From Candidatus Peribacteraceae bacterium (GTDB lineage: Bacteria > Patescibacteriota > Gracilibacteria > Peribacterales > Peribacteraceae): a DNA stretch of 64,000 nucleotides. The stretch lies in assembly GCA_035547395.1 (NCBI GenBank), contig DASZVA010000010.1, forward strand, positions 74,471 to 138,470, given 5' to 3'. Made by a program: the position numbers and the translations under genes. The notes beneath the pieces are model-generated. The model was not told the DNA's origin. It saw nothing but the letters and a program-made list of their open reading frames with translations, and did not search any database. Shown here piece by piece: positions 61,436-64,000 of the stretch. The stretch's first letter is position 1, and each line of letters begins with the position of its first letter.

Positions 61436-61807
61436 TCAGGACGCGGAAGATATGGAAGACGATGATGGTGATCCGTTTCCATGCGGATGCGTGCCGCTGC
61501 CGCTTACGCCGACATTCGTTCCGCTTCCGGTTCTCTGACCGCCTCCGAACGTTGTGCCGTTTTCCTGCATGATCTGCTGGATCGTTTTGCCGCTCTGCAG
61601 TTCCTTCTGCAATTGGTCCTGGCTGATGCCGAGACGCTGCGAGAGGCGCGCGAGATTCGGCGTGCCGTTTTGGCCGAATCCGCCGCCGCGCGCGTATGCA
61701 CCTTGTGCGCTTACCGGGTGGATCAGATGATTCACGCCGGAAAAAAGCGCGAGGACAACAAGTCCGGATGCGACTCCCAATCCAAAAGAACCGAAACGGA
61801 TTTTCAT
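61436..61807 (-). CDS. small secreted protein (123 aa) sharing a 32-aa motif with the ORF at 51928..52632
   Basis: Signal or TM segment GLGVASGLVVLALF, the motif LSQRLGISQDQLQKELQSGKTIQQIMQENGTT, and a G/S-rich tail. First gene of the MacAB-like operon. Start trimmed to ATG 61807. Confidence 0.55.
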   Translation of the reverse strand: MKIRFGSFGLGVASGLVVLALFSGVNHLIHPVSAQGAYARGGGFGQNGTPNLARLSQRLGISQDQLQKELQSGKTIQQIMQENGTTFGGGQRTGSGTNVGVSGSGTHPHGNGSPSSSSISSAS

Positions 61808-61965
61808 AGCAGCAAAAACAGAAAATACGCTCTTAGTATAGAGGAAGCAGATTAAGAAGAATTTAAGAACAGAATCCGGAAAAGAATGCAAGAATCCTTG
61901 CCTGTTTCAGGAAAACGATGCCGGACAATCTGCCCTTTTGCATCTGCTTGCGATATGATAGCGAC

Positions 61966-62433
61966 ATGCGCATCGATCTCACTTTCGAACAATGTGAAGA
62001 CATTCTCAAGCAGCAGCACTACGGACATCTTGGTTGCTGCATGGACGGCGAACCGTATGTCGTACCCGCGACGTACGTCTATAAATACGGGTATCTCTAC
62101 AGCTTCACGCACGACGGACAAAAAATCGCGATGATGCGCAAACATCCGTCGGTCTGTCTGCAGGTCGAGTGCGTGCGCAGCGGATATGATTGGGAGAGCG
62201 TCATTTGTTGGGGAAAATTTGAAGAAATCACCGATGAACAAGAGAGGCATGAAATAGAGCTTCTTCTCGCAGATCAATACGCGAAGGTCACGACCGAGAG
62301 CGATGAGCTGCCCGTCTCGCCGCTCATCCAGGAGCTCAACGAACAGAAAAAAGACGACGTGAAAAAGAGCGTCGTCTATCGCATCAACATTCAGAAGACG
62401 ACCGGGAAAGCGGAGAGGCCGAAGAAGTCATAA
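61966..62433 (+). CDS. pyridoxamine 5'-phosphate oxidase family (flavin-binding split-barrel) protein
   Basis: ILKQQHYGHLGCCMDGEPYVVPATYVY..GYLYSFTHDGQKIAMMRKHPSVCLQVE......WESVICWGKFEEITDEQER fits the Pyridox_ox_2-type pattern. Start trimmed to ATG 61966. Confidence 0.75.
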   Translation: MRIDLTFEQCEDILKQQHYGHLGCCMDGEPYVVPATYVYKYGYLYSFTHDGQKIAMMRKHPSVCLQVECVRSGYDWESVICWGKFEEITDEQERHEIELLLADQYAKVTTESDELPVSPLIQELNEQKKDDVKKSVVYRINIQKTTGKAERPKKS

Positions 62434-62437
62434 GTTG

Positions 62438-62473
62438 AAAAAGTCCGCTCCCGTTTTGGATGGCGGACTTTTT
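62438..62473. terminator. bidirectional rho-independent terminator between convergent genes
   Basis: AAAAAGTCCGC (62438..62448) / GCGGACTTTTT (62463..62473). The A and T tracts flank the GC core on both strands. Confidence 0.7.
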
Positions 62474-62500
62474 CTGTTACCCCTTCCGATCGATGCGACG

Positions 62501-63703
62501 TTAAAAATCGTACGCCTCTTCGCCGTGCAGCATGCGGTCCAGGCTTTCCTGCTCCTCTTTGAGATTTACTTTCAGAGACATGAACATCTGAATGATATTG
62601 AGAAGCACCCATGTTCCGACGAACGCGAAGACGACGGCGATGGTCGTGCCTTCCAGGTTGGCGATGAATTGGTGCGTGTTTCCCTCCAGCAACCCCGACA
62701 CTCCGCCGACGGATTTGGCGGCGAAGACGCCCGTCAGAATCGATCCGATCACGCCGCCGATTCCGTGGCATCCCCACACGTCGAGCGCGTCATCCCACTG
62801 CATCCATGCCCGGAACTTCATCGCGCAGAAGCAGCCGAGCGTCGCCGCAATGCCGATGATGAGCGATCCCATCGGCGTCACGTAACCGGCTGCGGGCGTG
62901 ACCGCGACAAGGCCGGCGACGGCACCCGTGAGAGCGCCCACGATGCTCGGGCGCTTGTCGACGATCCACGAGAGCAGAAGCCACGCGACCATCGCCATGG
63001 CGGGTGCGACCTGCGTATTCACGAACGCCGCCGCCGCCTGACCGTTCGCAGCCAAGGCGCTGCCCGCGTTGAATCCGTACCATCCGAACCAAAGCAGCGC
63101 GACACCGAGCGCGACGAATGGAATGTTGTGCGCCTTCTGTTCCATGCTCTTGCGCTTCCCGAGCACGAAGACCGATGCCAATGCCGCAAAGCCGGAGCTA
63201 ATGTGCACGACGGTTCCTCCCGCGAAATCGATCGCGCCGATCTTGGAAATGAAACCGCCGCCCCAGACCCAGTGCGCCAGCGGCGCGTAAATCACGATGC
63301 TCCAGAGCGTGAGGAAAATCAGATAACTTTTGAAGTTCATGCGGTCGACGAATGCGCCCGTGATGAGCGCCGGCGTGATGACCGCGAACATCAGCTGAAA
63401 GACAAAGAAGGCGAGGAACGGAACGGTCGTGCCGTAGCTTGTCGACGGATCAAGTCCGACGCCCTTCATCCACGCGTAATCGAGTCCGCCGATGAATCCG
63501 CCGTGATCCGGACCGAATGCGAGCGAGAACGTGAGGATCGACCAGACGACCGTCACGATGCCCATCGCGATGAAACTCTGCATGACGACGCTTAAGACGT
63601 TCGTGCGCTTCACGAGTCCGCCGTAAAAGAAGGCGAGGCCCGGCGTCATGATCGCGACGAGCGCCGCACTGATGAGAACGAATGATGTGTCACCGGAATT
63701 CAT
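62501..63703 (-). CDS. amt: ammonium transporter (Amt family)
   Basis: FAGGTVVHISSGFAALA, DDALDVWGCHGIGGVIG, 11-TM pattern. Confidence 0.9.
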   Translation of the reverse strand: MNSGDTSFVLISAALVAIMTPGLAFFYGGLVKRTNVLSVVMQSFIAMGIVTVVWSILTFSLAFGPDHGGFIGGLDYAWMKGVGLDPSTSYGTTVPFLAFFVFQLMFAVITPALITGAFVDRMNFKSYLIFLTLWSIVIYAPLAHWVWGGGFISKIGAIDFAGGTVVHISSGFAALASVFVLGKRKSMEQKAHNIPFVALGVALLWFGWYGFNAGSALAANGQAAAAFVNTQVAPAMAMVAWLLLSWIVDKRPSIVGALTGAVAGLVAVTPAAGYVTPMGSLIIGIAATLGCFCAMKFRAWMQWDDALDVWGCHGIGGVIGSILTGVFAAKSVGGVSGLLEGNTHQFIANLEGTTIAVVFAFVGTWVLLNIIQMFMSLKVNLKEEQESLDRMLHGEEAYDF

Positions 63704-63789
63704 AGGAGAAGTGGTAAGTGGATAGTGGTAAGTGGTAAGTGATAAGCGATTTGGTCAGTGACTATCCACTAGCCACTGACCACTGGTCA
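63704..63789 (-). promoter_or_regulatory. structured glnA-amt intergenic leader: a hairpin plus five tandem heptamers forming a G-free leader
   Basis: A 9-bp stem pairs 63752..63760 with 63774..63782. Plus-strand heptamers GTGGTAA/GTGGATA/GTGGTAA/GTGGTAA/GTGATAA span 63711..63745. The hairpin-loop sequence (63761..63770) is perfectly complementary to the leader at 63717..63726. Confidence 0.4.
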
Positions 63790-64000
63790 CTACACATCGT
63801 AGTAACGATAAAATTCACTGGCCGTCGGTCTTGCGGCTTCATCCGCAACTTCCGCGCGTTTGCCTTCGATGTAGGACGTGATGAAGCTCTCGGAGAAGAC
63901 GCCGCTTTTCGTGAGGAAGTCGTGATCGGCTTCGAGTGCGTCGAGCGCATCGCCGAGCGTCGCGGGCGCGTGATTGATTTGCGCCAGCTCGCTTGCGGAC
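63790..64000 (-). CDS. glnA: glutamine synthetase type I, C-terminal 70 codons only (the gene continues beyond the window)
   Basis: My own minus-strand translation reads ...LGDALDALEADHDFLTKSGVFSESFITSYIEGKRAEVADEAARPTASEFYRYYDV-stop (TAG at 63790..63792), the characteristic GlnA C-terminus. It is absent from the ORF track because no start codon lies in the window. Confidence 0.8.
   Translation of the reverse strand, partial: SASELAQINHAPATLGDALDALEADHDFLTKSGVFSESFITSYIEGKRAEVADEAARPTASEFYRYYDV

Noticed and set aside
27696-61965. ORF-track 5' extensions on about 20 genes, for example 27696..27773, 31376..31429, 32066..32110, 35100..35135, 38056..38127, 40865..40942, 43689..43775, 43709..43882, 44247..44324, 46548..46613, 47331..47372, 49375..49404, 50491..50553, 54690..54713, 57371..57412, 61408..61482, 61808..61891, 61918..61965.
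   Set aside because: The track takes the longest ORF, and several of these begin at GTG (for example 32066, 35100, 38056, 46548, 54690). The extensions overlap upstream genes or translate repeat-built leaders. The internal ATG I chose begins a proper signal peptide or domain, and in most cases is preceded by the G-free leader. The trims remain predictions.
28657-63595. Other long antisense ORFs: 28657..29751, 34216..35055, 36460..37254, 39529..40230, 44181..45059, 45204..46340, 47463..48188, 50589..51671, 52546..53286, 55392..56249, 62435..63595.
   Set aside because: Each lies opposite a gene with strong family motifs (CopCD, ZnuB/Zur, YibE/F, DUF2156, EmrA/EmrB, phosphoesterase, YihY, kinase, helicase, Amt). 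All translate to R/D/E/H-rich sequence with no recognisable domain.
1-64000. A search for a diversity-generating retroelement, defence system, toxin-antitoxin pair or prophage that could explain the variable LamG cores.
   Set aside because: No reverse transcriptase, template-repeat-like adenine-biased duplicate, nuclease/ATPase defence genes, integrase or phage structural genes were recognisable. LamG variability is instead discussed as possible intragenic recombination.

Overview
A 64-kb window from a moderately GC-rich bacterium that uses the standard genetic code (TGA, TAA and TAG all terminate convincing ORFs). I found about 45 protein genes. I saw no rRNA, tRNA, CRISPR array, transposase, integrase, reverse transcriptase or phage genes.

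Gene content points to a monoderm-type envelope: a sortase, DipZ, SdpI, YibE/F proteins, lipobox lipoproteins, C-terminally TM-anchored secreted proteins, and efflux operons with no outer-membrane component.

The dominant feature is a minus-strand two-gene locus with a 4-nt ATGA start/stop overlap. It encodes a 1,258-aa secreted repeat protein (23105..26881) and a 6,492-aa giant modular surface protein (3630..23108). The giant protein contains six LamG lectin-like domains, repeated beta-helix units, CarboxypepD_reg-like and SdrD-B-like domains, a Gly-rich helix, an A/T/Q-rich helical stalk and a C-terminal TM anchor. The giant gene is full of diverged tandem and dispersed DNA repeats.

The rest of the window, in order:
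- a 5'-truncated P-type ATPase and a lipoprotein;
- a metal-homeostasis island: a YcnI-like gene, an expanded CopC-CopD fusion and DedA, then znuA-znuC-znuB-zur, two YibE/F paralogs and small membrane proteins on one strand behind a perfect 23-bp palindrome, then a Cys-rich membrane protein;
- Sel1, DUF2156, sortase, STAS, DipZ;
- marR-emrA-emrB-like efflux genes;
- a metallophosphoesterase;
- an SdpR/SdpI-like pair with a perfect operator-like palindrome;
- an M23 peptidase and YihY;
- an OmpR/HisKA two-component system;
- a DEAD-box helicase and a histidine phosphatase;
- a MacAB-type ABC exporter whose adaptor is unusually long;
- a PNPOx-like protein;
- amt preceded by the 3' end of glnA.

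A recurring sequence-level signal is that many start codons are preceded by G-free, C/U-rich leaders, often built from 6-7-nt tandem repeats, rather than by a Shine-Dalgarno motif. I used this to trim many ORF-track 5' extensions, several of which begin at GTG. It also supports two sub-61-aa membrane ORFs (38572..38736, which is absent from the track, and 51613..51795).

Coordinates of domains inside the giant gene are approximate (about +/-30 nt).
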